Shown: positions 11,661 through 22,397 of the stretch, one piece after another | Layout: every line of letters starts with the position of its first letter | How positions within the stretch are numbered: the stretch's first letter is position 1 | From: a virus | Taxonomy: Duplodnaviria > Caudoviricetes | IMG/VR virus record: IMGVR_UViG_3300013830_000002 | Span: 1-64,000 of that record | Direction: 5' to 3' (one strand) | DNA: 64,000 bases | The notes under the pieces: generated by a model | Told to the model about the DNA's origin: nothing | Database searches by the model: none | What the model saw: only the letters and a program-made list of their open reading frames with translations | Position numbers and translations under genes: made by a program

Positions 11661-11881
11661 TTGCATTAGTTTATATTTTATGTATGCTGATACTGATGTG
11701 GGTATGTGGAATATATACTGCCACATATAATCATATTATGAAATGTGATACAGCTACGGCATATAAAATCTATAGCCAATCCAAATTACCATTTGTTGAG
11801 TGGTCAGATAAAATAGCTCTTCTTACAGGGATAATATCTCTAATGATTGGAGCTGGATTTCTTGATTATATAGCATGGTAA
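11657..11881 (+). CDS. small membrane protein
   Basis: Two hydrophobic segments. Confidence 0.6.
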   Translation: MIALVYILCMLILMWVCGIYTATYNHIMKCDTATAYKIYSQSKLPFVEWSDKIALLTGIISLMIGAGFLDYIAW

Positions 11882-12162
11882 GAATCTGTATTTGCTATAA
11901 TGATTAGTCTAAGGAGCTTGCTAAAACTTTTCAGGTTTATCTTGAAGGCTTAGACGGCATAGCACTTGAGTGCTATAATGAGGATAATGCAAGGGAGAGA
12001 AAGAAAGCTTTTGCAATAAAATCCCATTTTGCTGCCCGTGCAACTCCTTTTTGTGGAATCTATCAAAATGGAAAGGCCATTAAGGGCTTTTACTCTGAGG
12101 TAGAAGAATGTACACAGGATAATATAGGAAAGTATCTTACTACTTTCAGTTCAGATAAATAA
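11875..12162 (+). CDS. hypothetical protein, possibly thioredoxin-like fold (1 TAG)
   Basis: ATG 11875 to TAA 12162 open with TAG read-through; ATPFCGIY. Confidence 0.65.
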
Positions 12163-12186
12163 ATTTAATTGAAAACTTTATAGCTG

Positions 12187-12513
12187 ATGACTATTGAAGA
12201 GTTCAACAGGACTGTTGCCCTGCAACAAACAATTGCAACAGAATTCCAGCCTATTGCCAAGCTTGTGAACGACAAGGAGCAATTTGGCAAGCTTGACCAT
12301 CTTACCAAGGATTTAATCCTTATTCAAGCTAACCAGATGAATGCTCTTCTCGGAACCCTGCAAGTGAGACTTGGTTTAGGTGCTGGAAAGGTAAAAGAGG
12401 CTCTTGCACAGCAGAAAGCTCAGAAAAAAGCAGGAGAAAAAGAAGCTCCTGCTGCAGAAACACCAGAAAAGAAGAGTGATGAAGCAACCAAAAGGACTGT
12501 GGAGACCAAATAA
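12187..12513 (+). CDS. helical protein, crAss001_48-like
   Basis: F..L...KDLILIQANQMNALLGTLQVRL pattern. Confidence 0.6.
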   Translation: MTIEEFNRTVALQQTIATEFQPIAKLVNDKEQFGKLDHLTKDLILIQANQMNALLGTLQVRLGLGAGKVKEALAQQKAQKKAGEKEAPAAETPEKKSDEATKRTVETK

Positions 12514-13348
12514 CTTTCTTGATAGGGCAGACCCGTTGCTCAAGCAATTCATGCTTGATGTCCATAAATATCCTGTTCTTCCCATGAATGAGGTTAGAGA
12601 ACTCATTGCAAAAGCACATGAGGGAGACCTGAAAGCCAGAAATAAGGTCATGGAATCCAATTACAGACTTGTTATCAGGATTGCAAAGGAATTTCAAAGC
12701 AGGAACATGGATATTAATGACTTTATCCAGGAAGGCATGATTGGGCTTGCAGAAGCTATTGACAAGTTTAATCTTAACAAGGGAGTGCCATTTCCACATT
12801 TTGCGTCATGGTATATAAAAATGAGAATACTGAAATATATCTGGTGGAATCAGACTACAGTCAGAATTCCTGAAAACCAGCGTGAAGGCATGAAAAAGCT
12901 TTTTACTATCAGTACAAAATATATATCAAGACATGGGATAATTCCTTCGATAGAAAAGCTTATGGAAGAATCTGGACTTACTGAAGAAGTTGTACAGAAT
13001 TACTACAAGCTTTTTGATAGTGGAAAACTCAAGACTTCTGTTATTTTGAAAGATAATGAATTTGAGGCAGCAGCTGCAACCAAAGAATTTGATGCTCCTG
13101 ATAATGTTGCTGAGAGAAATATAGCAAGGGAAAAGATAGCACAATGTCTTGACACTCTTAAACCTCATCAAAAAAGATTTTTGCAAGAGTATTATGGCAT
13201 AGACACTGTGCAGGTTCCTGTCAAGGAAATGGCCCGTAGAAGAGGGCACTCTGTTGAAAGTATAAGGCAGAGGAGAGCACGTCTGATTGAAAAGCTGAGA
13301 AAATATTGCTCAGCTGATTTGTCAGCATATTTAGATATTGAATTTTAA
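12479..13348 (+). CDS. RNA polymerase sigma-70 family factor
   Basis: NYRLVIRIAK, DFIQEGMIGL, region 4 ESIRQRRARLIEKLR. Confidence 0.9.
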   Translation: MKQPKGLWRPNNFLDRADPLLKQFMLDVHKYPVLPMNEVRELIAKAHEGDLKARNKVMESNYRLVIRIAKEFQSRNMDINDFIQEGMIGLAEAIDKFNLNKGVPFPHFASWYIKMRILKYIWWNQTTVRIPENQREGMKKLFTISTKYISRHGIIPSIEKLMEESGLTEEVVQNYYKLFDSGKLKTSVILKDNEFEAAAATKEFDAPDNVAERNIAREKIAQCLDTLKPHQKRFLQEYYGIDTVQVPVKEMARRRGHSVESIRQRRARLIEKLRKYCSADLSAYLDIEF

Positions 13349-13369
13349 TTGATTTTTTTTTATAATAGT

Positions 13370-15471
13370 ATGGCAAACTGCTCAATCGTAATGGGAGTTA
13401 GTGGTACTGGCAAATCAACCAGTATTAAAACTCTTGACCCAAAAGAAACAATTGTTATCAATGTATTAGGTAAAAGATTGCCCTTCAAAGGTAGTGGCAA
13501 ACTTTATAACAAAGATAACAAAAACCTGTTTCAGATAGAGGACTATAATGCATTGATTCAAATGCTGAAAACGATTGATAAAGGTGCTGCTTATGTTAAA
13601 AATGTAGTTGTTGACGATAAAAATCCTATATTTTCAATAAAACATTATTGTATGAGACACAAAATTAATCATAATGAAATATTAACCCTTTATAAATAGG
13701 GATTAAATGATAATGAAATTGCACGACAGCTTGGATTATCTGTTAATGGTGTAAGGTATGTAAGATTAAATAAACTCCATCTTCCAAGAAATGTTAAAGA
13801 CGATACTTTAACTTCTGAAATGAAATCTATTATAGTAGGTACATTATTAGGAGATGCTTGGGTAGGATATGTTCACAAGCAGTGTATCTGTCCAAAGTAT
13901 CAAACAGTACACTGTAAGGCATAGGAAAAGTATACATTAACCATATATAAGAAGCTCCGTTCTATAATGACAAACCATGTAATACATTATAAAGAAAAAA
14001 CTATTAGTATTAGAGGTAAAAAATGTAAGGTATAGTCAACCATACTTATTGCCAGTAGAAATATTAAAAGTTTAATTCCTTATAGACAGGCTTTTTATCC
14101 TAAAGGAAAGAAGATAATTCCTGTTGACTTTATTAAGGATAAATTTACAACTGAGAGCTTAGCTTATTGGTTTATGGATGATGGAAGTCATGATAAAAAT
14201 TCCAATTCTTTTATTTTTAATACTCAATGCTTTGAATACGCTAACTTATAGGATTTCATTGAGTTTTTATACAATAAATTTAATTTGGAATTCACTATTA
14301 AAAAAAAGGATAAAAACATTATATCTTAGACATAAGTGCAATAACTTGTTCGTAAATCTTATACATGACTATATTACTGAAGATATGAAGTATAAAATTG
14401 TGTCGTCGTTAAACTCCGTTAAACAGAAGAACTCCTAATGGACAATTCTGTGCTAAACCTTCTGGTAACAGAAGAAAATGCCAAACGACTAGAGATGATG
14501 CCTGTTAACGGCTATAAAATTCTCCACGAAAGCGGGGCACTGCTGTTATAGTAAACAGTTAAAGATATAGTCTAAACTATATAGCAATATATAGAGCTGA
14601 AAATAAAGAGTTTCAGGATAAAACAAAAGGCAATTTATATAATGCGTAAGGAGTACTTTAAAAGGGCAAAAGAGACTGGATACGGTAAATTAGTGTGTTA
14701 AATTTCAATGTCTGAGTTCTTTTATTTGTAGAAAAATCGTTATTATTGTTGATAGATTATATATTAACTAACAAACAACAATTATGAAATTTACATATAG
14801 AGATACTACAATATATTTGAAACGAAAACATGACAGATTTGCCGTCTTATGTAGGAATATATAAGATGATTACAAACCAATAACGGGGAAGACTGAGATG
14901 TTAATCCCGTGATAAGTACAGAAACTAAAAAGTCTGTACCATCGTACAGCGTAGAGACTGAACCTACTTAGTAGAATAAAATGTCTCCAAGAGTGGTTTG
15001 AACCCCAACTGAAATAAGTGGGTGAATAGGTACGCGGAGCTATAGTAAAATGAAACTATAGAAATACGGATAAAAAGCCGTATGATAACAAAACTGAAAT
15101 ATACGGAATTAGCCCAACATTTTCAAAATATCATCCAAACTTGTGAGATGTTAAGAGACGACCTCAATGTATTCTTTATGATGCATGTTGAGGAAGTTAC
15201 AAGTGATAATACTGTTATAGGTTATCAGCTGTCAACAATCGGAAAGTTATTATTACAGCAATATAATCCAGTGGAATGTGTGCCAATGGTACTGTTTTCT
15301 GCTGTAAAATATAATGATAAAGGACAGGCAGAATTTGGTTTCTATACTCACAGGTGCAAGCAGGGAACTGTGGAGATTCCTGCAAAATCTCCTGATGGTA
15401 TGTTTGAACAGGACTTCATACCAAATGACTTAGGTCTGGTAGTGAAGGCAATGAATGAGTATTATGGCTGA
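13370..15471 (+). CDS. AAA/P-loop ATPase (Sak4/AAA_24-like) split by two group I introns; exons 13370-13618, 14630-14686, 15097-15471
   Basis: GVSGTGKS; spliced product VVVDD|AIYIMRKEYFKRAKETGYG|KYTELAQHFQ. Confidence 0.9.
13619..14629 (+). mobile_element. group I intron 1 in AAA ATPase
   Basis: Exon ends in U, intron ends in G; ccaaacgacta and aagatatagtc core elements. Confidence 0.88.
13652..14438 (+). pseudogene. intron-encoded HTH + LAGLIDADG endonuclease with several TAG and an apparent frameshift near 14300-14316
   Basis: IVGTLLGDA, LAYWFMDDG; the C-terminus continues in another frame after A runs. Confidence 0.72.
14687..15096 (+). mobile_element. group I intron 2 in AAA ATPase (compact, with GIY-YIG remnant)
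   Basis: U|...G boundaries restore the frame; 3' tail gataacaaaactG is identical to polA intron 1. Confidence 0.85.
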
Positions 15472-15567
15472 TAAAAGTCAAACTCATAGGGCAGGAAGTG
15501 AAGAGCTTTCTGGCTATTATTATAGATAAATTATTTTCTAAAGAATTTCATTTTAAAGTAGTTAAAA

Positions 15568-15945
15568 ATGGAAATGAGCAATGCAATGTTAGGAGCAACC
15601 ATTAAGAGAATTGCAAAGAGTGTTGCCCCGTTTAGTAAGCAAATCGAGAGACTGGAAGCAAAGAAAGCATCTTTTGCTGAGAAGATTGATACAGAAATTG
15701 AGTCAATCAAGAAGGTTAAGGACCTTCAGGAAAAGCCTGTTGTTGAGCTTACTGGTTATACTCTTGAGGAGCTTGTTAACATCAAGAGAGTTGAGGCTGG
15801 CACTGACAAGGATGGCAAGACCATATTCAAGACAGTGATTGAACTCAAATATCCTGAAACAGTGCTTCCTCCTGAGCCTGCCGAAAAAGGACAGGCAGCA
15901 GAAGCTGAGGAAGCTCCTGAAGACCTTCCATTCAACAATGATTAA
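15568..15945 (+). CDS. hypothetical coiled-coil protein with acidic DLPF tail
   Basis: 125 aa ORF. Confidence 0.8.
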   Translation: MEMSNAMLGATIKRIAKSVAPFSKQIERLEAKKASFAEKIDTEIESIKKVKDLQEKPVVELTGYTLEELVNIKRVEAGTDKDGKTIFKTVIELKYPETVLPPEPAEKGQAAEAEEAPEDLPFNND

Positions 15946-16086
15946 TCAGCACTTATAACTGATAGAATATAAAGCCTGCCATACTCTGAAAGATGTTATA
16001 AAAACATGGATATAGCAGGATATGTTTAACAGATAAAAACCATTTGACAAGATGCACAAAACTTAGTGATTTTAATTTAGACAAAA

Positions 16087-17010
16087 ATGTCTGTAAAGAA
16101 TTTGACTTTTATGGCCTTTGCTAAAGGCGAAATTTCTTCTGAAGGTGCTAACTTCAAGCGTTACATTGGTGTAGGCTCAGTTCAATTACTTGGTATCAGC
16201 CCAACCAAAGCACAGCTTGAGGGGATTCTCAATACAACCATTGACAATGAGCCAAGCTATGTAAGTGAGGTTGACCGTGATGGAAAGAAGATTCCTTCTG
16301 CACGAGTTGAACTTATTTTCAAGACTGTTCCTGAAAACAATGACGGAATTGAGGATATTATCCGTGTGAGCCTGTTTGTCAACAAGGAATACCGTTTCAA
16401 TCGTGACAATACCAAGGTTCAGGTTATGGATATTTATGGTCGTACTGCATGGGTTACACAAGAGCAGCTTAAAAACCATGAAATCCCTATGTACAGCAAT
16501 GGTCCTGCAAACCTTGACAAGGATTATCGTCCTGTATTTAGAGGTGAGGAGGCACTGACTCAGTTCTTCATTGCTTTCCTTAACATTCCTTCTCCTCAGG
16601 TTTATAAGGATAAGAAATGGGTTGATGCTCCTGACAAGAGCAAGAGTCTAGCCCGTTTTGACCACATTGAGAACCTGTTCAATGGTGACTTCAAGGAGTT
16701 ACAGGAAGCATGGCAGTTCCAGAAGGACAATAAGGTAAAGGTTCTGTTTGGTGTCCGTACCAATAGTGAGGGTCATCAGTATCAGGATTTCTATAATAGA
16801 ATGTTCCTCAAGAATGGTGCTACTTCTTATGACCGTCTTGAGAAGGATGTTGAGCAGGCAAAGGAAGCAGGTGCTTATCCCAATACTGAGTTCAGGATTG
16901 AGCCACTTCAGGAGTATACTGTAAAGGCTACAAATCTTGATGCTCAGCAGCCAGACCCTGCAAACAATCCTTTCGGAAATCCTGACGACAATCCATTCTT
17001 TCAGAAGTAA
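16087..17010 (+). CDS. putative single-stranded DNA-binding protein
   Basis: Lies between the ATPase and primase; acidic/aromatic tail DDNPFF. Confidence 0.55.
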   Translation: MSVKNLTFMAFAKGEISSEGANFKRYIGVGSVQLLGISPTKAQLEGILNTTIDNEPSYVSEVDRDGKKIPSARVELIFKTVPENNDGIEDIIRVSLFVNKEYRFNRDNTKVQVMDIYGRTAWVTQEQLKNHEIPMYSNGPANLDKDYRPVFRGEEALTQFFIAFLNIPSPQVYKDKKWVDAPDKSKSLARFDHIENLFNGDFKELQEAWQFQKDNKVKVLFGVRTNSEGHQYQDFYNRMFLKNGATSYDRLEKDVEQAKEAGAYPNTEFRIEPLQEYTVKATNLDAQQPDPANNPFGNPDDNPFFQK

Positions 17011-18014
17011 TGAAAACACTCATGGCATTCAGTAAGGGAAGAGACTCCTTTTCTGATGAAGAGATTCTTGATAAAATCCCTGAAACAGAATTGGCAGCTC
17101 TATATCTGAATATTTCTAGATTGCCATGTACTATAAGCAACCCGATAAGGAAAGACAAACGTCCTTCCTTCGGGTTGTATACCACTCCTGACGGAAGGGT
17201 ACGATACCGTGATTTTGCCACTAATGAAAGTGGAACTTTAATTGAATTCCTGTGTGAGTATTTCGGAATGACAAAAGAGCAACTTAAAGCAAAAATCTTC
17301 AAGGAGATTACACAAAAAGGAACAATCAGTACAGTAAAAGTTGCTACTGTTTATTCTGAAATAAAAGATAAGTCCAATCCAAGGCAATCACATTTGGAAT
17401 GTAAGACACGAAAATGGCAAAAAAGAGATATTGAATATTGGAAATCCTTTGGCATTCCTGTTAACTGGCTGAAATGGGCAGAAGTCTATCCAATAAGTCA
17501 TACTATTATTACTGTAGGTGACAAACGATATGTATTCGGAACAGACCCACTTGCCTATGTCTTTGTTGAACATAAAGAAGGAAATACCACCTTAAAGGTG
17601 TATCAGCCGTTAAACAAAAACGGAAGGAAATGGCTCAATAAAAATGACAAGTCAGTTATAGGATTATGGACAAAGGTTCCACCTATGGCAGATAAAATCG
17701 TTATCTGCTCATCACTGAAAGATGCTTTGTGCCTGTCTGCCAATACTGGTATTCCTGCCATTTATATTCAAGGTGAGGGTTACAGTATTTCAAAGACAGC
17801 ACAAAAGAGTTTACGAAGCAGGTACAAGCATATTTATATCCTGCTGGACAATGATAAACCCGGTCTTGCTGATGCAGAAAAACTGGCAGCAGAGACTGGA
17901 TTCACAAACATTATCCTTCCTGAAGTGGAAGGAACAAAGGACATCAGTGATATTTATCATAAGTGGCAAGACCCTGTGAAATTCACTGAATTTATTAATA
18001 AACTTTTTAAATAA
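17010..18014 (+). CDS. DnaG-like (TOPRIM) DNA primase
   Basis: NPIRKDKRPSF, SSLKD, LDNDKPG, KDISD. Confidence 0.88.
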   Translation: MKTLMAFSKGRDSFSDEEILDKIPETELAALYLNISRLPCTISNPIRKDKRPSFGLYTTPDGRVRYRDFATNESGTLIEFLCEYFGMTKEQLKAKIFKEITQKGTISTVKVATVYSEIKDKSNPRQSHLECKTRKWQKRDIEYWKSFGIPVNWLKWAEVYPISHTIITVGDKRYVFGTDPLAYVFVEHKEGNTTLKVYQPLNKNGRKWLNKNDKSVIGLWTKVPPMADKIVICSSLKDALCLSANTGIPAIYIQGEGYSISKTAQKSLRSRYKHIYILLDNDKPGLADAEKLAAETGFTNIILPEVEGTKDISDIYHKWQDPVKFTEFINKLFK

Positions 18015-18022
18015 TTAAGAAA

Positions 18023-18703
18023 ATGGAAGCAAGAAACATTAAAGTTATTCTCACTAGAAGTCAGCAAAGTGTTGTTATTAAAAGTGCAGCTACAACACTG
18101 AAGGAATTAAAGGCAGACCTTGACAAGGCCCATATCGATTATAGTGGTATGACTTTCCATGAAGGTCTTTCACATACTGACATGCGTGATGATAACGCAG
18201 TTCTTCCTACAAACCTGCCCTGGAAAGGACAGATAACAAACAATCTCGTATTTATGTTATCAGAACCAAGAAAGAAAATCAGAAATGGTGCTATTGCAAG
18301 TCGTTCTGAGGCTTATGCATTTATCAAGAAAAATAATCTTGGCGAGGCATTTGCAGCAAAGTACAATGTAAAGAACTACACCAATGGCAAGACTGCAGAT
18401 TTGATTGAATTCTGCAACATAACAGGTAAAAAGGCAGCTCCTGTAAAGAAGACTGTTCCTACAAAGAAAACTGCTGAAAAGAAAGTTGCTAATCAAAAGC
18501 CTGTGAATGCAACAAAGTCTGCTGCAAAACCTGCTAATACAGCAAAGCTTACAGAGAATAATCTTTTGCAGAATCTTGTGTCAGTGCTTATCAAGAAAGG
18601 CATCGTAACAAAGGATGAAGTTCAGACTGGTGAAACTACTCCCGTAACCAATGTAAGTTTCACAGATGCTGAATGCAAAGAAATGTTCAAGGGAATTAAC
18701 TAA
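18023..18703 (+). CDS. putative ubiquitin-like (beta-grasp) precursor protein
   Basis: About 89 aa N-domain with strand-strand-helix pattern (TTLKELK) ending LVFML...KKIRNG, then a tail; heads an operon with E2, JAB and E1. Confidence 0.6.
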   Translation: MEARNIKVILTRSQQSVVIKSAATTLKELKADLDKAHIDYSGMTFHEGLSHTDMRDDNAVLPTNLPWKGQITNNLVFMLSEPRKKIRNGAIASRSEAYAFIKKNNLGEAFAAKYNVKNYTNGKTADLIEFCNITGKKAAPVKKTVPTKKTAEKKVANQKPVNATKSAAKPANTAKLTENNLLQNLVSVLIKKGIVTKDEVQTGETTPVTNVSFTDAECKEMFKGIN

Positions 18704-18711
18704 TCACATTA

Positions 18712-18755
18712 AAGGGAGTGGAAGGTAGAAATTATCTTCTGCTCCCTTATTTTTT
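18712..18755 (+). terminator. terminator/attenuator hairpin between the Ubl and E2-like genes
   Basis: aagggagtggaaggta-gaaat-tatcttctgctccctt followed by a T run. Confidence 0.7.
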
Positions 18756-18786
18756 ATTTATTTACTTACTTTTCACTATTTACAAG

Positions 18787-20052
18787 ATGATAGTATTGAA
18801 AGATGCAATTGCACGAATTCATGATAAAGTCAAAGAATTAAGCTTTGGCAGTTGCAACATGGATAAAATGCAAAAGGCTGTTAATGTAATAACTGATTAT
18901 TTTGGAGAGGATAGAGTGGATTTCCAAGATAATGTAGAGGACTATATCAGGTCCTGTATTGATAATGAAATAGCTTGGATGCCTAACTTTATGAGCATTA
19001 ATTTGCTTAATTTCAACTCTGCAGTTCCTAATTCTGATTACAGGGTATCTAGGAATACTAAACTTGAGGAAGCTTTTCAACATGATGAATTCCTTGATTG
19101 GTTTGTTTCCAAAATAACCGTTGCTGCCTGTCAATCATTGCCTTTATATGCAATAATTATCAGATTCAATGATGTAATTGTCAGTAATGGTAAGGGTGAT
19201 AAGGCTCTTATTCAAGAAATTTATGTAAAAGTTCCATTAAAATATAATGGTAATCTGTATAGTGGTATGTGGTGGCTAAGGACTACATATAGTTATTATC
19301 ATTGGCGAAATAATTATGCCCACAGCCATCTGAGCAGAATTTCTACCAGACAAGCTCCAACGTGGAAAAACCCTTGCACTGGTGATGGTCCTATAAACCT
19401 TACAATGGATTCCTTGAGGACACACCCAACAGATGACCTATGGGCATTGTTCTGCTATGAACTTGAAGAGTGTATAAAGGTTGAAAGTCTTGCTGGAGGT
19501 CCCTATATCAGGATAGGTGAACTTTGTGAAGGAGAAGTTACTGTCTATTCGGATTTGGGCATAACAGAAGCTTTCCCTTGGGATAGTACAGTAGAAAAAG
19601 AATTGATTCAAAATGTGATTAATTCTGGAAAACTTGAGTTCAAATGGGAAAACGGTGCTTATTCGGTATGTAACAGTGTAGCTGACCTGATAACTATAGT
19701 GAGTACTGAATTCTTCAAAATATGTAAAGAGCATAGAGAAAATTCATCACTTCCAATGATTTCTGCATATAGAAGCGACTTCTGTAATGCAGTTATATCA
19801 GGTCAAAATATAAAGATAGTATCAGAGTGCAGTGAGCTTACTCATGCAGTAGACTTAAACAATACTGTATTGTTTGCATTCAAGGGTGCCCCTGTAAAAT
19901 TAAGGATTCTTGATGTGGACGATGTGAGCACTAAAAACACAAAGACGTTTCTTAAAGTGCCATACGTAGCATCCATTATTTCAAAAATAAACAACTTAGC
20001 AAATTATTATTATGGAAACAACAAAACAAGAGCCAAAATTAAGACTGCTTAA
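18787..20052 (+). CDS. putative prokaryotic E2-like conjugating enzyme domain protein
   Basis: YAHSHL...WKNPCTGDGPI (HxH followed by Cys), ESLAGGPY; operon context; ATG 18787 follows the hairpin. Confidence 0.6.
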   Translation: MIVLKDAIARIHDKVKELSFGSCNMDKMQKAVNVITDYFGEDRVDFQDNVEDYIRSCIDNEIAWMPNFMSINLLNFNSAVPNSDYRVSRNTKLEEAFQHDEFLDWFVSKITVAACQSLPLYAIIIRFNDVIVSNGKGDKALIQEIYVKVPLKYNGNLYSGMWWLRTTYSYYHWRNNYAHSHLSRISTRQAPTWKNPCTGDGPINLTMDSLRTHPTDDLWALFCYELEECIKVESLAGGPYIRIGELCEGEVTVYSDLGITEAFPWDSTVEKELIQNVINSGKLEFKWENGAYSVCNSVADLITIVSTEFFKICKEHRENSSLPMISAYRSDFCNAVISGQNIKIVSECSELTHAVDLNNTVLFAFKGAPVKLRILDVDDVSTKNTKTFLKVPYVASIISKINNLANYYYGNNKTRAKIKTA

Positions 20053-22397
20053 AAATGAAGACCAGAAATTCAAGCTTGTCATTCCAAAGGAAATGGAACA
20101 GAAAATCAGGATTGCCTGTGCCAGGCTTCCTGAGAATGAGTGGTCAGGTGTTTTGTTCTATAATGTAAAAGGCTCCTTTGAAAAAGGTACACTGAAAATA
20201 CTCTGCAGAGATTTCCTCGTTATGGACATAGGAAGTGCTGCCTATACCGAGTGGAGTACCAATGCAGATATTATCTCCTATATGTGCCAGGAAGACCTAA
20301 CAGATTGCCAGATGGGCCTGATTCATTCTCACGACAAAATGGCTAAACTAATTAAAGTAGCATAAATTTTGATAACATTTAGTTGTGTTTTCTTTAAAAA
20401 TTCGATATTATTAGCATAGATAAAAGTTTTAATTAAAATTTATTATAGTATGGTAAACATTAAAAATTATGCTGAGCAAATTAATACCTTACATGAATAG
20501 GGAAAATCTGCTCTGGAAATTTCTAAAATTTTAGGATTAAAGTATTCATAGCCTATTTATAATTACTTTAAGAAATAGGGATGGAAAAGACTATCACGAG
20601 ATTAGTATATTGCACGTCACTAGTATAAAATAAATAATTCTTTTTTTGAGGTTATAGATACTGAAGAAAAAGCTTATATTTTAGGATTTATATGTGCTGA
20701 TGGACATGTGGATGCTAAAGCTCATAGAATAGTAATTGCCATTTAGGAAAATGATGTAGAAATACTAGAAAAAATAAAAACTGCATTAAATTCATCACAT
20801 CCTATTGTAAAACATATTTAGAAAAAAAATCCGTATAAAAATTCCAGTAATAAGACATTATTTTAGTGTTCAGTATCTTTTAACGGTAAAAAATTAGTAG
20901 CTCCTCTTGTACAAATGGGAATAAGTGGTAAAAAAACTTATTCTTTAGATGGAAATATAATAAAATATATCCCAGATGAGTTAATGAGACATTTTCTTAG
21001 GGGTTATTTTGATGGGGATGGGTGTATAAGTTTTGATAAAAGGTATAAATCTGGACCTAAAAGTGTTATACATGTGGCTGGAAATTATGATTTTCTAAAT
21101 AATAGTTTCAATAAATATTTTCCTACTAAATGTACATTAAAATTATATAAAAAGAGTAAACAATGCTATGATTATACTATTTAGAATAAAAAAGAAGTAC
21201 TAAAATTTTTAGCTTTTTTATATAATGATGCTAAAATATATTTACAAAGAAAATACAACATCTATCAATATGCAATGTGGTCATTTAAAACTGAGTTAAT
21301 TGCTGGAAACTCCTACTTCATAGAACTTATGAAGGGACAATCAGCAGCCAATCCTTTGGTTAAATGCCTTAGGCAGGTTCAGAGACTAGCAGATGAAACT
21401 ATAAAGAATCCTTTTGAAGATTCTTCTATAGAATATAATTCTGCCACGAATGCTCAGCACTTAGATAACCTAAGTGAAGATATAGTCCGAACTATATAGT
21501 AATATATAGAAGTAAAGGATAAAGAGCCTTTATAACAACAAAATGGCATTTTTCAGTGGAACTGATTTAAGCACCCTTAGAGAAGAAGGAAATGACAGAA
21601 ACAATGTTGTCAGCCTGATTGTAAATAATGAAGGCAAATATGTTGCATCATTGACAAGAAAAATCCATGCTGAAGGTATCTGCAAGCAAACTTGCTCATA
21701 TCCTTTCTTCGGAGATGGGGATAGGTCTTTCAATGAATCCTTTGAGACTGAAGACAATTATGTTGAGTATTTTGACCTTGAAATAGTCAAACCTGTTCTA
21801 GAAGAAAGTCATAAGGATTTCAATGACAGGCTTTCATTACTTATAGCTGCCAAGAATAATCCAGCAAAACAGACTAAATTCGGCCCAAATGTAGTTGAGG
21901 TAGATGACCTTAACTCAGAATGGACACCAAAAACAAAATATGGTGACTATCCTATTGGGGATTATGGTACTGAGAAACCTGTAAGTACAACCCATATTAA
22001 ATACTCTTTAGATGACGAAGGGCTGAAGGATGTTACTGATTCCAAGGAATATAAAGAGCTTATTGAAAGATATGCTTTGAAACTTGTCAGTGGTTGGATT
22101 ATGGCTGAACCAAGTAAAAACCTGAATGCAGATTCATTTGCACAAAAGAATATGGTTGGGGCCTGTAAGAAAATGTTTGGCACTTCAACAGAGAAGGGGT
22201 CACCATTTTGGAATTGGGCATCATGTTATGTTGACTATATTATCAATGATACTGACGAGGATATACTCGATTTTATTGATGACTCTGACAAGGAAGCTGT
22301 GTTTGCTACAAGTCTACATGAAAGGCTTGAGAAAATTCCTTCACAAAATAACTATATTAAAACACTTATTGAAATAATAGAAGATTATGAGTATTGA
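20012..22397 (+). CDS. JAB/MPN (JAMM) metalloprotease split by a group I intron; exons 20012-20344 and 21546-22397
   Basis: EWSG; splicing gives HSH-DKMAAFF-SGTD, an exact HxH-x7-S-x2-D motif. Confidence 0.9.
20345..21545 (+). mobile_element. group I intron in the JAB protease gene
   Basis: P aattgctggaaa, Q aatcagcagc, R gttcagagacta, S aagatatagtcc; U|...G boundaries. Confidence 0.92.
20450..21502 (+). CDS. intron-encoded HTH + LAGLIDADG endonuclease (about 10 TAG)
   Basis: AYILGFICADG and FLRGYFDGDG in one frame with TAG read-through; the ORF runs through the ribozyme core. Confidence 0.85.

Noticed and set aside
18718-18786. Track start of the E2-like ORF at 18718
   Set aside because: It overlaps a terminator hairpin; ATG 18787 is more plausible
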